A stretch of 64,000 nucleotides of DNA from the human T2T-CHM13v2.0 reference genome, Homo sapiens: assembly GCF_009914755.1 (NCBI RefSeq), contig NC_060943.1, one strand, 5' to 3'. The notes below the pieces were generated by a model. That model did no database searches. It saw only the letters and a program-made list of their open reading frames with translations, and had not been told where the DNA came from. Below are positions 39,524 through 64,000 of the stretch, one piece after another. The translations under genes and the position numbers were made by a program. Numbering within the stretch: position 1 is the stretch's first letter; each line of letters opens with the position of its first letter.

Positions 39524-40179
39524 TGACCTCCAATGATCTGTCTCCCTCAGCTTCCCAAAGTGCTGGAATTATAGACATGAGCCACCGCACCCGGCCACGT
39601 TTTCAATATAATAATATTTTCTGTAAATCTTGATTTTTTTTTGTCTTCATCAAGTATGTATTTCTGGCTGGGTATGGTGGCTTATGCCTATAATCCCAGC
39701 AATTTGGGAGGCCAAGGGATCGTTTGAGGCCAGGAGTTTGAGACCAGCCTGGGCAATACAGCAAGACCCCGTCTCTGTTTAAAAAAAATTTTAAATATGT
39801 TTTTGTTTTTGTTTTGAGATGGAGTCTAGCTCTGTTGCCCAGGCTGGAGTGCAGTGGCACGATCTTGCTCACTGCAACCTCTGCCTCCCGGGTTCAAGCG
39901 ATTCTTCTCTCTCAGCCTCCTGAGTAGCAGAGATTACAGGCAGGCGCCGCCATGCCCGGCTAATTTTTGTATTTTTAGTAAAGACAGGGTTTCACCATAT
40001 TGGCCCAGTTGGTCTCGAACTCCTGACCTCATGATCCGCCTGCCTCACCTTTCCAAAGTGCTGGGATTACAGATGTGAGCCACCACGCCTGGCCAAAAAC
40101 ATGTATTTCTATTGTTATTTTTCTGATCTTCCCACATGGGCCAGGACCACATTTCCTACATTGTAAAATAGCACTGACA

Positions 40180-41010
<831 letters not shown>

Positions 41011-41237
41011 CATTCAGGGTGTAAGTGATTTCTTGGCTGAGTAAGGAAAAAGACGTGACCACAAGGCGGCAGTAGCACACAAGCTTCATTTGGGATGTGC
41101 TTTGACAGGTAAGGAGTGGCGGGAGGTAGCAAACAGCAAGAGAATATCCACAGGCTTCTACCTGTGGGTCGCTGCTCAGAAAGGGTGGAAAGGAAGAAAG
41201 ACTCCCAGAGGAGAAGGGGAATCAAAGAGGGGGCTTA

Positions 41238-41591
<354 letters not shown>

Positions 41592-41944
41592 CTATCGGGG
41601 ATAGATGGGAAGGGCTTGAACAGAATGGTGGGATAAGAACAAAATGGAGAGGATAGGGATAGGGAAACCTCTCTGAGCATATCATTCTGTTTAGTTCTGA
41701 TGTTTAAAATCACATTCTACTTTTTTTTTTTCTTTTTGACAGGGTTTCACTCTGTCACACAGGCTGGAGTGTAGTAGCGTTATCATTGCTCAGTGCAGCC
41801 TTTACTTTGTGAGCTCAAGTAATCCTCCTGCCCAAGTACCAGGGAATACATATGTACACCACCACATCCAGCTAATTTTTAAAAATATTTTGGGTAGAGA
41901 AGAGATCTCTCTATGTTGCCCAGGCTGCTCTTGAACTTCCAGTC

Positions 41945-42311
41945 TGTCACATATAAAGTTTTGGTGCCACAAAAGAAATAACACTTGAATATAAAATTTT
42001 CTTTTTAATTCTCAGCAAGGCAAGATACTTCTATAGAAGGGTGCACTCTCACAGATGGAGCAATGGTGGGCACACACCTGGACAAGGGAGGGAAAGGGGT
42101 TCTTATTCCTGACACACGTGGTCCCTACTGCTCTGTCGTTCCCCTACTGGCTAGGGTTGGACCTCACAGGCTAAACTAATTCCGATTGACTAATTTAAAG
42201 AGAGTGATGGAGTGAGCGGTTTGGGAAAAGGGTGCTTTATGAGGAAGTTAAGTTTAAAAGTAGAAGGCAAAGAATTGAGCATACTGACATATTAATTCTT
42301 TGAAGAGAAAT

Positions 42312-42330
<19 letters not shown>
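41945..42330 (-). mobile_element. 3' LTR10 (LTR10F-like) of the provirus
   Basis: Collinear with 50702-51523; PPT AAGAGGAGGAAG immediately upstream on minus. Confidence 0.88.
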
Positions 42331-48427
<6,097 letters not shown>

Positions 48428-50141
48428 CTATTCCTTGAAAGTCATGAGTGGAAGGGCTTCTTTCTCCTTAGTTCAGGACATTCTCTCTTGAAGTGGCCTG
48501 TTCTTCCACATCTATAGCACATATCTTGTCCTTCCTCCCTCTTAGTTCTGGGATTCTTTAACCCTGTCCCCCCATACTCTTTAGGGGGCCTGGTAGATGA
48601 GGACCTTTGTCCTCCAGATGGAGGCTGGGGGCCTTTAAAACAGGGTTCAGACCCTTTATACTTTCTAGGTCCCTGGAAGCTCTGTCTAGAAGTACCTGGG
48701 TTTGGAGCCATCTGTTGGAAGGTGGAAAACATAAGTTTTGTTTTTTGTTTCTGTTTTTCTTCATCCCGTTTCACATGTACTTTCTAAGCTTCCCTGAGAA
48801 GCTCACTTAGAGGACGGTCTTCCCAATTGTCTATTTTTTATAACTTTTTTGAAATGTCTAGGCAACTTTTACTGACAAATTGGAGTTTCAACATTCCTTG
48901 CCCAAGGAGATCATCCAAAGTAAGGCCTGCATATTGCCTCATTTGCTCCCTCAGTCTGTCTAGGAATCTCACAGTCCCTTCATCCTTTTCCTGTTGTATA
49001 TCAAGCGCTTTAGAAAGATTGCGGGTTCAGGGTACTGATTCCTGATTTCCTTTTATTATCATCTCCCTTAGGTCCTGCATATTTTCCCGGTGATCTGCGT
49101 TGTTATTGTCCCACCGGGGGTCTTGGGTGGGGAATTTCTGTTCCGCGGTAGGAACGTTTTTACCGGGAGGGTGCTCACGTTCCCTAAGTACCATAGCAGC
49201 CCTAGGAATCATACTCCTTTTTTCCCCTGAAAAGAGGACGGCCAAGATGGACATTAACTCGACCCAAGTGTAACTGAGGTCCTAAGAATTGGTCAATTTG
49301 GTCTGCCACTCTGTAAAGGTCATCTAGTAGTGGTTTAAGCTCCTTTTTAAAATTCCGGACTTCTGAACTGGTTAAGGGAGCATTTACAAAGCCAATTACA
49401 AAGCCATTGGCCCCCACTCCTTGTGGTACCTCTTTCAAAGGGAATAAGGTCAGGGCTGACCTCTTAGGTATGGAGGGAAGCGGAAAATTCTGAGTATCTT
49501 TTTTACATTGTTCTACCTCACGCTGGAGTCCTTTTAGAGAGGGGTATTTAGGTTGGGGGGAGGACAGGCTGGTGGGATGGTAATTCCCAAGAGTCAGGGT
49601 TATAAGGAGGAGGGATAACACGAGTAGAGGGGGAGTTTAGAATGGGATCTGAGGTGGAAGTGGCTGTCTGAGGGGAAAGATTGGGGATACTGAATGGAGG
49701 AAGATAGTTTAGGGGATCCCATGCACTGGAGTCTTTAGGCATGAGATCTGGCTCCTCTGACTTTTCATTTTGAGGTGCCAGATTGGGTTCTTCCCTATTT
49801 GTTTTTAAGGGAAAAAGGAGGGCTGGTCCTTGCCTCCAACAAAGGGCATAGCGTAGTTCTTCTTGAGACACTGGACTTTTATTATTAACATATCAGATTG
49901 GAAGCTGACACATTACATCCTCAGTTGATTCAAACTTTGGCCAGAAGATTGAGGAATTAAGGATGGGTCCCTGAGTCCAAATAAAACAGCAATATTTTAT
50001 TATTTGTTGCTTTTTCCTATGTTTAGTCCTTTCATTATCCTTCCAGTGTTTCAGCATGAGACCTAGGGGGCTATCTGGGGGAATATCTTTGTTACCATCT
50101 TTATCCCCCTTGCTCCCTGTCTTGCTTGGGGTATTTCCCAT
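48428..50141 (-). pseudogene. Proviral gag, disrupted
   Basis: MG start, PPPY late domain, capsid fragments, CCHC knuckle CYRCGRTGHFKREC, TAG at 48430-48428. Confidence 0.9.
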
Positions 50142-50680
50142 CTTGATGGTTTTGGGGTAAGGTTCAAGGTTCAGTTTCCCTTACTGGAAATTTCTCACCT
50201 TTCAGGGTGAGGCTTAATTTTCACTGGAAACTTTTTGCCTTTTGGGGTAAGGCTCAATTTCCCCTCTGGAAATTTCTTGCCTTTTCTACTATTGGAGGTT
50301 TGTGTGAGGTTCAATCCCCCCCAACAATGGGGATGTCTCACCTCTTTTTAACCACTTAGCCACCCTGACCAAGGAGTACTTCACTGCACCCACCCCCAAC
50401 CCCCGTGGCTTTCTTACCTTGTTCCTGACCACCAAGGAAATACTTTACTGGCTCCTGTGGCATCTCCTTCCTTGGTAGGTGCACAGAGTCATCACTGCAG
50501 TATGTGAGGATCCTTTAAGCTAGGTTGCTGGCCAGTTGTTTTTTTCCTGCATTGCTTAGAGCTAGGGTTATTCCTCACAATGGGTGGGTTCTGATTTCTC
50601 CCCTATGAGGCCACCACAAAGGGTGGGGTGCATGCCTCCTCAAGAGAGAGAACCAGAGACCACCCCCAGAGGGGAATGTA

Positions 50681-50698
50681 ATCCTGGATGAGCCCCCA
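50681..50698 (-). other. Primer-binding site for tRNA-Pro
   Basis: TGGGGGCTCATCCAGGAT versus canonical TGGGGGCTCGTCCGGGAT (two G>A changes at CpGs), 3 nt after the 5' LTR. Confidence 0.9.
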
Positions 50699-50701
50699 AA
50701 T

Positions 50702-51720
<1,019 letters not shown>

Positions 51721-52068
51721 TGAATTTTCGTATTTTTAGTAGAGACGGGGTTTCACCATGTTGGCCAGGATGCTCTTGATCTCCTGACCTTGTGATCCAC
51801 CTGCCAAGGCCACCCAAAGTGCTCAGATTACAGGCATGAGCCACCATGCTCAGCCTTGGCCTCCTACATTGTTGGGATTACAGACATGAGCCACTGTGCT
51901 TGGCCCTTTATTCCTTTACATATTTAATATTTTAAAAAATTAACAAAGAGGCCAGGCACAGTGGCTCAGGCCTTTAATCCCAGCACTTTGGGAGGCTGAG
52001 GTGGGTGGATTACGAGGTCAGGAGTTCGACACCAGCCTGGCCAATATGGTGAAACCCCATCTCTACTA

Positions 52069-52260
<192 letters not shown>

Positions 52261-52366
52261 TCAGCTCAAGCCTGTGGCTAGAGATAAGAATGCAGAAAGA
52301 ATTGGCCAGGCGCGGTGGCTCACGCCTGTAATCCCAGCACTTTGGGAGGCCGAGGCGGGTGGATCA

Positions 52367-52600
<234 letters not shown>

Positions 52601-52988
52601 CTAGAAAGAATCTAGAGACATCTTTCCTGCCCAAGATAGTGTTTTCCTCCTACTTCCTTTAAACTGACTATCCATGTATTTGCTCCTAAATTTAAAGTGA
52701 CTCACACCCTATTCCCTTATGTATACAGCTAGCTGCCACAACCTCCCTCCTTCTCTGCCTCTCATCCCTGCCTTGCGTGACCCATGGATGGAAGACTGTC
52801 CTCAAAACTCATTTTGCCCTCCCTTCCCAGGACGTGTAAGCAATAAATCTTTGAAATTATGTCCTATTGGGGTGGTGTTTTGAATTTGCACATACCATCT
52901 GAAGAACCAGGGGCCGCCCCTGGTTGAGATTTCCCCAGGGAGCTGGTGGGGACACAAGGTCAGGTTTCCAGTGTCAGAGTGATGATCA

Positions 52989-53346
<358 letters not shown>

Positions 53347-54019
53347 CGGCCTAGGTCATCTATCAGTATAAACAAGTTTCCCAGGTGAGGGACCCCCTGT
53401 CAACCAGGTTTTGCGTGACAACTCACACTGTAATCCCAGCACTTTGGGAGGCTGAAGCAGGCAGATCACTTAGCTAAGGAGTTCCAGACCAGCATAGCCA
53501 ACATGGCGACACCCCGTCTCTACTAAAAATACAAAAATTAGCCCAGCATGGTAGTGGAGGCATGTAATCCAAGCTACTTGGGAGGCTGAAGCAGGAGAAT
53601 CGCTTGAGCTCTGGAGTGGCAGGTTGCAGTGAGCTGAGATCACGCTACTGCACTCCATCCAGCCTGGATGACAAAGGCAGACTCTGTCATTCATCAATCA
53701 ATAAATAATTAATTAACTTTAAAAAATGTATCCCTTAGGCCAGTCGTGGTGGCTCACTCCTGAAATCCCAGCACTTTGGGAGGCTGAGGCGGGCAGATCG
53801 CCTGAGGTCAGGAGTTTGAGACCAGCCTGACCAACATGATGAAACCCCATCTCTAATAAAAATACAATATTAGCCGGGTGTCGTGGTTCATGCCTGTAGT
53901 CCCAGCTACTCAGGAGGCTGAGGCAGGAGAATCGCTTGAATCCAGGAGGCAGAGGTTGCAGTCAGCCAAGATCAAGTCATTGCACTCCAGCCTGGGCAAC
54001 ACAGCAAGACTCCATCTCA

Positions 54020-54729
<710 letters not shown>

Positions 54730-55223
54730 TTAAAAAAAAAATAGGCTGCTGGGCGCGGTGGCTCACGCCTGTAATCCCAGCACTTTGGGAGGCTAAGGCG
54801 GGTGGATCAACAAGGTCAGGAGATCGAGACAAGCCTGACCAACATGGTGAAATCTCATCTGTACTAAATATACAAAAATTAGCCGGACGTTGTGGCATGT
54901 GCTTGTAATCCCAGCTACTCAGAAGGCCGAGGCAGGAGAATCGCTTGAACCCCGGAGAAGGAGGTTGCAGTGAGCCGAGATCGTGCCACTGCACTCCAAC
55001 ATGGGAGACAGAACAAGACTCCAACTCAAAAAAATAAATAAAATAAAAATAAACAAATAAATAAATAAAATAAAATGTATCACTTGAAAGAAAGGCTCCC
55101 TGTAAACACCCACATCTGGCTCCCCTTCATTTCTTGTTAGGGCAGCATTGCTAGTCACTCTGCTATTGGATCCTTAATATAGGTAGGGGCTCAAGACAGA
55201 CCAAAACGGAAAGAAAAAAATAA

Positions 55224-55611
<388 letters not shown>

Positions 55612-57284
55612 TGATAAAAAGCACATAAAATTGACAAGTAACACATTTTTTTTTTTTTTTTTTGATGCAGGGTCTTGCTCTGTTGCCCAGCCTGGAGTCA
55701 GTAATTCAATCATAGCTCATTATAGCCTTGAACTCCTGGGCTCAAGCAATCCTTCTGCCTCAGCATCTCAAGTAGCTGGGACTACAGGTGTGCACCAACA
55801 TGCCTGGCCAGGTTTTAAAAAATTTTTGTGGAGACAGGGTCTTGCTATGTTGCTTAGGCAACAGGCTGAAACTCTGTCTCTACAAAAAGTACCAAAAATT
55901 ACCCAGGTGTGGTCGTGCATGCCTGCAGTCCCAACTACTGGGGAGTCTGAGGTGGGAGTATCACCCGAGCTCACGAGGTCAAGGTTGTAGTGAGCCACAA
56001 TTGTGTCACGGCACTCCAGCCTGGGTGACAGGGTGAGACCCTGTCCCCCAGAAAAAAGGAAGAAAAAAAAAAACCAAAGTCTTAGAAGTATAACTCTTTT
56101 TAGAATTGATATGTAAAGCTGGGCTCAGTAGCTCATGCCTGTAATCCTAGCATTTTGGGAGGCCAAGGCAGGCAGATCACCTGAAGTAAGGAGTTTGAGA
56201 CCAGCCTAGTCAACATGGCAACACCCCAACTCAACTAAAAATACAAAAATTAGCTGGGCAAAGGCCAGGTGCAGTGGTTCACACCTGTAATACTCCCAGC
56301 AGTTTGGGAGGCCGAGGTGGGGGGATCACAAGGTCAGGAGTTCAAGACCAGCCTGACCAACATGGTGAAACCCTGTGTCAACTAAAAATACAAATATTAG
56401 CTGGACTTGGTGGTGCACACCTGTAATCTGAGCTACTCAGGAGGCTGAGGCAGGAGAATCACTTGAATCCAGGAGAAGGAGGTTGCAGTGAGCCCAGATC
56501 GCATGATTGCACTCCAGCATGGGCGATAGAGTGAGATTCTGCCTCAAAAAAAAAAAAAAGTTAAATAAATAAATACAATAAAATAAAATAAATTAGCTGG
56601 GCGAGGTGGCACATGCCTGTAATCCCAGCTACTCAGGAGGCTGAGGCAGGAGAATCATTTGAACTGGGGAGGTGAAGGGTCCAGTGAGCCAAGATCATGC
56701 CACTGCACTCCAGCCTGGATGACAGAGTGAGATCAACTAAAAAAAAATTGATATGTAATAGTTGTACACTATTGCCTTGAATGCCTGGCCTCAAGTAATA
56801 CCCCTGGCTCAGTGTACTTAGTAGTTGCAATGGAAGGAATACAGCACCTAAACTCAAGAGTTTTTTTGTTTTTTTTTTTTGGTAGAGATGGTATCTCACT
56901 CCATTGCCCAGGCTATTCTCAAACTCTTGAGCTAGAATGATCCTCTCTTCTCAGCCTCCCAAAGTGCTCAGATTACAAGCATGAGCCACCATTCCCAGCC
57001 CAGACATTTTTACATTACATGAAATTTTCAAGGTCCAGTTGGTCCTAATTCTCCATAAATCCTTTCAGAGTATTAAAAATGAAGCAAATTTTGCTAAAGC
57101 TTTTTATGATGCCAGTACAAGATATATGTATATCTTGTTTCTATCACTGATAAAAATAGTACAATCATTAAAAACTGCAGAATCATATCAGTAATGAATA
57201 TTGCTACAAATGTACTAAGTAGGCCGGGCACAGTGGCTCACGCCTGTAATCCCAGCACTTTGGGAGGCCAAGGCGGGCTGATCA

Positions 57285-57634
<350 letters not shown>

Positions 57635-57798
57635 CTATCTCTACAAAAAATTTAAAAATTAGCTGGGTGTGGTAGAGCACCCCTGTACTCCCAGCTACTT
57701 GGGAGGCTGAGGTGGGAAGATTGCTTGAGCCCAGGAGGTCAGGGCTACAGTGAGCTGTGTCTGCAACACTGCACCTAGCCTAGGTGATAAAGCAAGAT

Positions 57799-57898
57799 GA
57801 GAGGGGAAGGGAGGGGGGGGAGGGGAGGGGGGAAGAAAAGAAAGGAAGGAACGAAGGGAGGGAGGGAGGGAGGGAGGGAGAGAGGGGGAGAGAGAGAG

Positions 57899-57969
<71 letters not shown>

Positions 57970-58225
57970 GAAGGAAGAAAGGAAGGGGAAAGAAAGAAGG
58001 AAAGAAAGAAAAGAAAAGAAAGCAAGAAAGAAAGAAAAGGAGAGGGAGGGAGGGAAGGAAGGGTGAAAAAGAAAGAAAGAAGGAAGGAAGGAAGGAGAAA
58101 GAAAGGAAAGGAAGAAAGAAAGAAAGAAAGGAAGGAAGGAAGGGGAAGGGAAGGGAAAGGAAAGGAAAGAAGGAAAGGAAGGAAAGGAGGAAAGAAAGAA
58201 GGAAGGAAGGAAGGAAAGAAAGAAA

Positions 58226-58280
<55 letters not shown>

Positions 58281-58320
58281 GAAGGAAGGAAGGAAGGAAG
58301 AAAAAGAAAGAAAGAAAGAG
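57799..58320 (+). repeat. 522-nt polypurine compound microsatellite (GAAA/GGAA/GGAG/GA)
   Basis: Only three pyrimidines seen (57852, 58023, 58064). Confidence 0.95.
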
Positions 58321-58438
58321 CCGGGTGCGGTGGCTCACGCCTGTAATCCCAGCACTTCAGAGGCCGAGGTGGGCAGATCACCTGAGGTCGGAAGTTCGAG
58401 ACCAGGCTGACCAACATGGAGAAACCCCGTCTCTACTA

Positions 58439-58597
<159 letters not shown>

Positions 58598-59198
58598 TCA
58601 AAAAAACAAAAAAACAAAAAACAAAAAACAAAAAAAGATGAAAGAAAGAGAGAGAGAGGGAGGGAAAGAAAGAAATTAGCAAACAAATTCCAACGCCATG
58701 GTAAGAAAGTAGTAAACCCAGTGGCATTTACTCCAGGAATGTAAGGTTGGTTCTGGCTGATTTGTATCTTTGTATTAGTGCATTCACCATTATGGATGAT
58801 GTGTGGAGTTTGCCCACAGCAATACTCAAGACCCTTTCAGACACATCCTCCCCCAAAGGGGAACATTCACCTGTTCTCAGGGGTAAAACTGCAGCCTCAG
58901 TGGAGGACAGATGAAACCCTCTGCTCTGACGGACTAGAGAATGCAGTGGGGGATAGACGGCAGCCTCGCCAGACAGCAGTCAATTCTCTGGCCCTCTGCA
59001 ACTCTGGATAGGGCTGAGTCCCTACTTTCAGGTGGGGAGAGTCACTCTGGGGGCTTCAAGAACACTCTTCTGTCAGTCCATCCAACCAGGTTCAGGAGCC
59101 AATGGAAGAAATCTGAGAAAGGAAGGGGTTCTGTTGAAGATGGCTTTTGAGAATCACTGAAATAAATGCCTGGTAGGTCTTGAAATTCTAACTTCTGA

Positions 59199-59396
<198 letters not shown>

Positions 59397-60063
59397 TGAG
59401 TAGCTGGGATTACAGGTGCACGCCAACAGGCCTAGCTAATTTTTGTATTTTTTAGTAGAGACAGAGTTTCACTATGTTGGCCAGGATGGTCTCAACCTCT
59501 TGACCTCGTGATCTGCCCACCTCGGCCTCCCAAAGTGGAATTACAGGCATGAGCCACTGTGCCAGGCCTTTGTTTTGTTTTGTTTTGTTTTGTTTTGTTT
59601 TGTTTTGTTTTGTTTGAGATGGAGTATTCCTCTGTTGCCCAGGCTGAAGTGCAGGGGCACGACCTTGGCTTACTGCAACGTCCACCTCCTGGGTTCAAGT
59701 GATTTTCCTGTCTCAGCCTCTGGAGTAGCTGGGATCACAGGCGCCAGCTACCACGCCCAGCTAATTTTTTGTATTTTTAGTAGAGATGGAGTTTCACCAT
59801 GTTGGCCAGGATGGTCTCAAACTCCTGACCTCAGGGGATCCACCCGCCTATCCTCCAAAAGTGCTGGGATTACAGGCGTGAGCCACCACATCCGGCTTGA
59901 TAACTCTTATTTTTTTGTAGAGATGGAATCTCACTATGTTGCCCAGGCTGATCTTGAACTCCTGGCCTCAAGCAATCCTCCTGACCCAGCCTCCCAAAGT
60001 GCTGGGAATATGTGTGTGAGCCACCATGATCAGCCAGAATAGACAACTTTTATTATTTTTTAA

Positions 60064-60303
<240 letters not shown>

Positions 60304-61394
60304 TGATCTGCCCACCCCAACCTCCCAAAGTGCTGGGATTACAGGTGTGAGCCACCATGCCCAGCACGTAGTATTTTTCAGTAGAGATGTAGTCTCACTA
60401 TGATGTCCAAGGTGGCCTTGAACTCCTGGGCTCAACTGATCTTTTTGCCTAAGCCTTCCAAAGTGCTGGGATTACAGGCCTGAGCCACTATTCCCAGCCT
60501 AGATTCTTATAGCATATAGATGGATAAAGAATTTAGAAAAAGTAGGAACATTCCCCAATACAGTATATGACAGTCATAATTTACATGTAAATATCATTCA
60601 GGGCCGGGTGCAGTGGCACACACCTGTAATCCCAGCACTTTGGGAGGCCAAGGCAGTTGGATCACGAGGTCAAGACATCAAAACCATCCTGGCCAAAATG
60701 GTGAAACTCCATCTCTACTAAAAATACAAAAATTAGCTGGGCGTGGTGGTGCATGCCTGTAGTCCCAGCTCCTTGGAGGCTGAGGCAGGAGAATCGCTTG
60801 AACCGGGGAGGTGGAGGTTGCAGTGAGCCTAGATCGTGCCACTGCACTCCAGCCTGGACACAGAGCCAGACTCTGTCTCAAAAAAAAAAAAAAATCATTC
60901 AGGGACAAGAAGAAAAAAAAATTGCAGTTATTCAAACATAGCTCCATAACATATTAGTAAAGGTAATCAAATAGTCTTTTAAAATGATCCATTATGTCTC
61001 AGTTGGGCTTATCCAGGAATGCAAGGTTGATGTAACACTAGAAATGTAATAAATACAAAAACACATTTATTTTATTTTATTTCTGATGGAGTCTCACTCT
61101 GTCACCAAGGCTGGAGTGCAGTGGCACAATCTACACTTAATGCAACCTCCACCTCCCAGGTTCAAGCGATTCTCCTGCTTCAGCCTCCTGCGTAGCTGGA
61201 ATTCCAGGTGCACACAACCACACCCAGCTAATTTCTGTATTTTTAGTAGAGATGGGGCTTCACCATGTTGGCCAGGCTGGTCTCGAACTCCTGACCTCAA
61301 GTGATCTGCCCATCCCTGCCTCCCAAAGTGCTGGTATTACAGGCATGAGCCACCACACCCAACCTGACCACATTTATTTTAGAGATGAGTCCTT

Positions 61395-61620
61395 CCATGC
61401 ATTCATTCATTCGTTTTGTTTTTTGTTTTTTGAGATGTGGTCTTGCTATGTTGTCTAAGCTGGTCTAGAACCCCTGGGTTCAGGCCATCCTCCCAAGTAG
61501 CTAGAACTATAGACATGCATCACCACATCATTTCATTGAAGTATTTATTACATACCATCATTGGCCAGGAACAGTTCTAGGTACTTGAGTTCTAGCAGTA
61601 AATAAACATGATCATCACAG
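61395..61620 (-). mobile_element. L2 3' end remnant with an AATAAA (61544-61549), interrupted by an Alu fragment
   Basis: CATTCATTCATTC tail and AAGTATTTATT...GCCAGG...GTTCTAGG pattern. Confidence 0.55.
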
Positions 61621-61993
61621 AGGATGCACAGGAAGCATTTAATAAATTCAAGAGGAATTCAGCCTCATGAATTATGAAATACTGGGAAATCATTCATCAT
61701 GTAAAAACTGGATATAAAAAGAAACCTTTCCTGTAAGAGATTAGCCTCTTCAAAAAATAAAATAAAAACCTACAGCCAAGCCAATAAAATAGAGCACGTA
61801 TCTCAGCAGAACTGCAGACAATTATGCTGGTATTACTGCTATTCATTGGTGGTGTGCTGGAGGTTGAAATTAGTCCAGTAAAGCAAGAAAATATATATAT
61901 AGGTATAACCTAACGACTAAAGTGGAAAAGTAAGAGTCATTATTTACAGATTATGTGATTGTCTATGTGGAAACGGAAAAGAATCATATTAAG

Positions 61994-62748
<755 letters not shown>

Positions 62749-64000
62749 GATTAAAAACAAACAAACAAAAAAACTAAAAATGTGAAGCAGATTTGAAACT
62801 GACAAATGAGGCTGGAAAAATTCTGATGTGCAAGCTGGAAGTAAGGTTGGTAAGGGTGATCCTGGTGAGGTGTCATTGGGGAATGAGGAACATGCTATTG
62901 GGAAATAAAGAAAATACAACCCTTGATACGAAGTAGTGAAGAACTTGGCAGAACTGTATTCTAGCACTTTGCGGAAGGTAGAGCTTGAGAGAGATAAAAC
63001 TGGTTATGTATCACTAAGATCTGTACTTAAAGTGTTAAAGGACACAGGAAGCTTCATTCTTCCTGAGTGCTTACAGGAAAATGTGCTCAGAACAGGCCCC
63101 CCAAATTTGGACATAAACAGGCCATGAGAAACTGCCCATAAACAAAATCTCTGCGGCACTGTGACATGCTCGTGATGGCTATGACACCCATGCTGGAGGT
63201 TGCTGGTTTACCCGAATGAGGGCAAGGAACACCTGGCCCACCCACGGTGGAAAACTGGAAAACTGCTCAGGCATTCCTAAACCACAAACAATACCATGAG
63301 TGATTTGTGCCTTAAGGACATGTTCCTGTTGCAGATAACAAGCCAGAGCCTGTCCCTTTCTTTCTTGTAAGGAATACTTTTAGCTAATCTATAATCTATA
63401 GAAATAATGTTTATCACAGGCTTACTGTCAATAAATATGTGGGTCAAACTCTGTTCAAGGCTCTCAGCTCTGAAGGCTGTGAGCCCCGATTCCCACTCTG
63501 CACTCTATTTCTGTGTCTTTGTCTTAATTCCTCTAGAGCTGCTGGGTCAGGGTCTCCATGACCCAGCTGGTCTCAGCAAAAATGCAAAAGGAGACCTGAA
63601 TTGCAGAAAAAATTGTTAAGGAAAAAGGAACCAGAACTTGGAGATTTGGAAAATTCTCAGCCTATCCATAATGCAAAAATTAGAAAACTTGTACTGAAGA
63701 GAATCCTCAAAGTGTGGCTGAACGATCATCTGATAAAGAGATCATGAGTGGGATTCATGGACTATATCAGCCACCTTGACAGAAGTGAGAAGAGAGACTG
63801 GATTATACTAGAAGAGACATTGCCACTTACATTGTGCCATCTAAAATAGACATACAAGGCAGAACAGGCAAGGCTGTCACACTTCTTAGATTTTACAAGG
63901 GGACACAGAAATAATCAGCTGTGAAAGGGCACTGGCAGTTATGGATGGTTTCATTCCTGACACGCTCTGCAGGATCCGTGGGATCAGAAGAGACCCTTGG
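62749..64000 (+). mobile_element. MaLR internal sequence
   Basis: Follows the MLT1 LTR; GGAAATTCTCAGCCT-like and GGAATGAGGAACATGCTATTGG blocks typical of MLT/MST-int. Confidence 0.6.
63084..63578 (+). mobile_element. Solo MER9 LTR (HERV-K HML-3)
   Basis: GAACAGGCCCCCCAAA...CATAAACAAAATCTCTGC start; 6-bp TSD AAAATG (63078-63083, 63579-63584); AATAAA at 63430. Confidence 0.88.

Noticed and set aside
57695-58417. 187-240 aa F/L/S-rich and K/E/R-rich ORFs; EWS-FLI1 GGAA enhancer
   Set aside because: ORFs are translations of the purine microsatellite; uninterrupted GGAA runs are only about 4-5 units

Overview
Primate (almost certainly human) genomic DNA from a C2H2 zinc-finger gene cluster. The only intact host gene is ZNF121 on the minus strand, recognised from its protein sequence (19p13.2 by recall, not checkable here). 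It has a CpG-island promoter and exon 1 at about 38.6-38.7 kb, two 81-nt exons that are decayed KRAB-B/spacer exons, and a last exon encoding 9 intact C2H2 fingers (390 aa in total) with an inferred 5.6-kb 3' UTR. Nearly everything else is transposon-derived: the 3' half of a HERV-H provirus carrying an LTR12, a nearly full-length HERV-IP10/LTR10 provirus 3.2 kb upstream of the promoter, solo LTR7/LTR10/MER9/MST/MLT LTRs, a long Tigger1, MER1, old L1/ERVL and dozens of Alus. Most ORFs in the supplied track are Alu or low-complexity artefacts. I found no evidence of a wholly new gene system. The best leads are: (1) ZNF121 was truncated at both ends, with dead KRAB exons now supplying uORFs and the start codon, and fossil fingers in the 3' UTR; (2) an AP-1 repeat array present in only one LTR of the upstream provirus; (3) a possible LTR12 > env-TM > LTR7 chimeric unit; (4) deep transposon nesting. 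Repeat subfamily names are from recalled consensus sequences and need RepeatMasker/Dfam confirmation.
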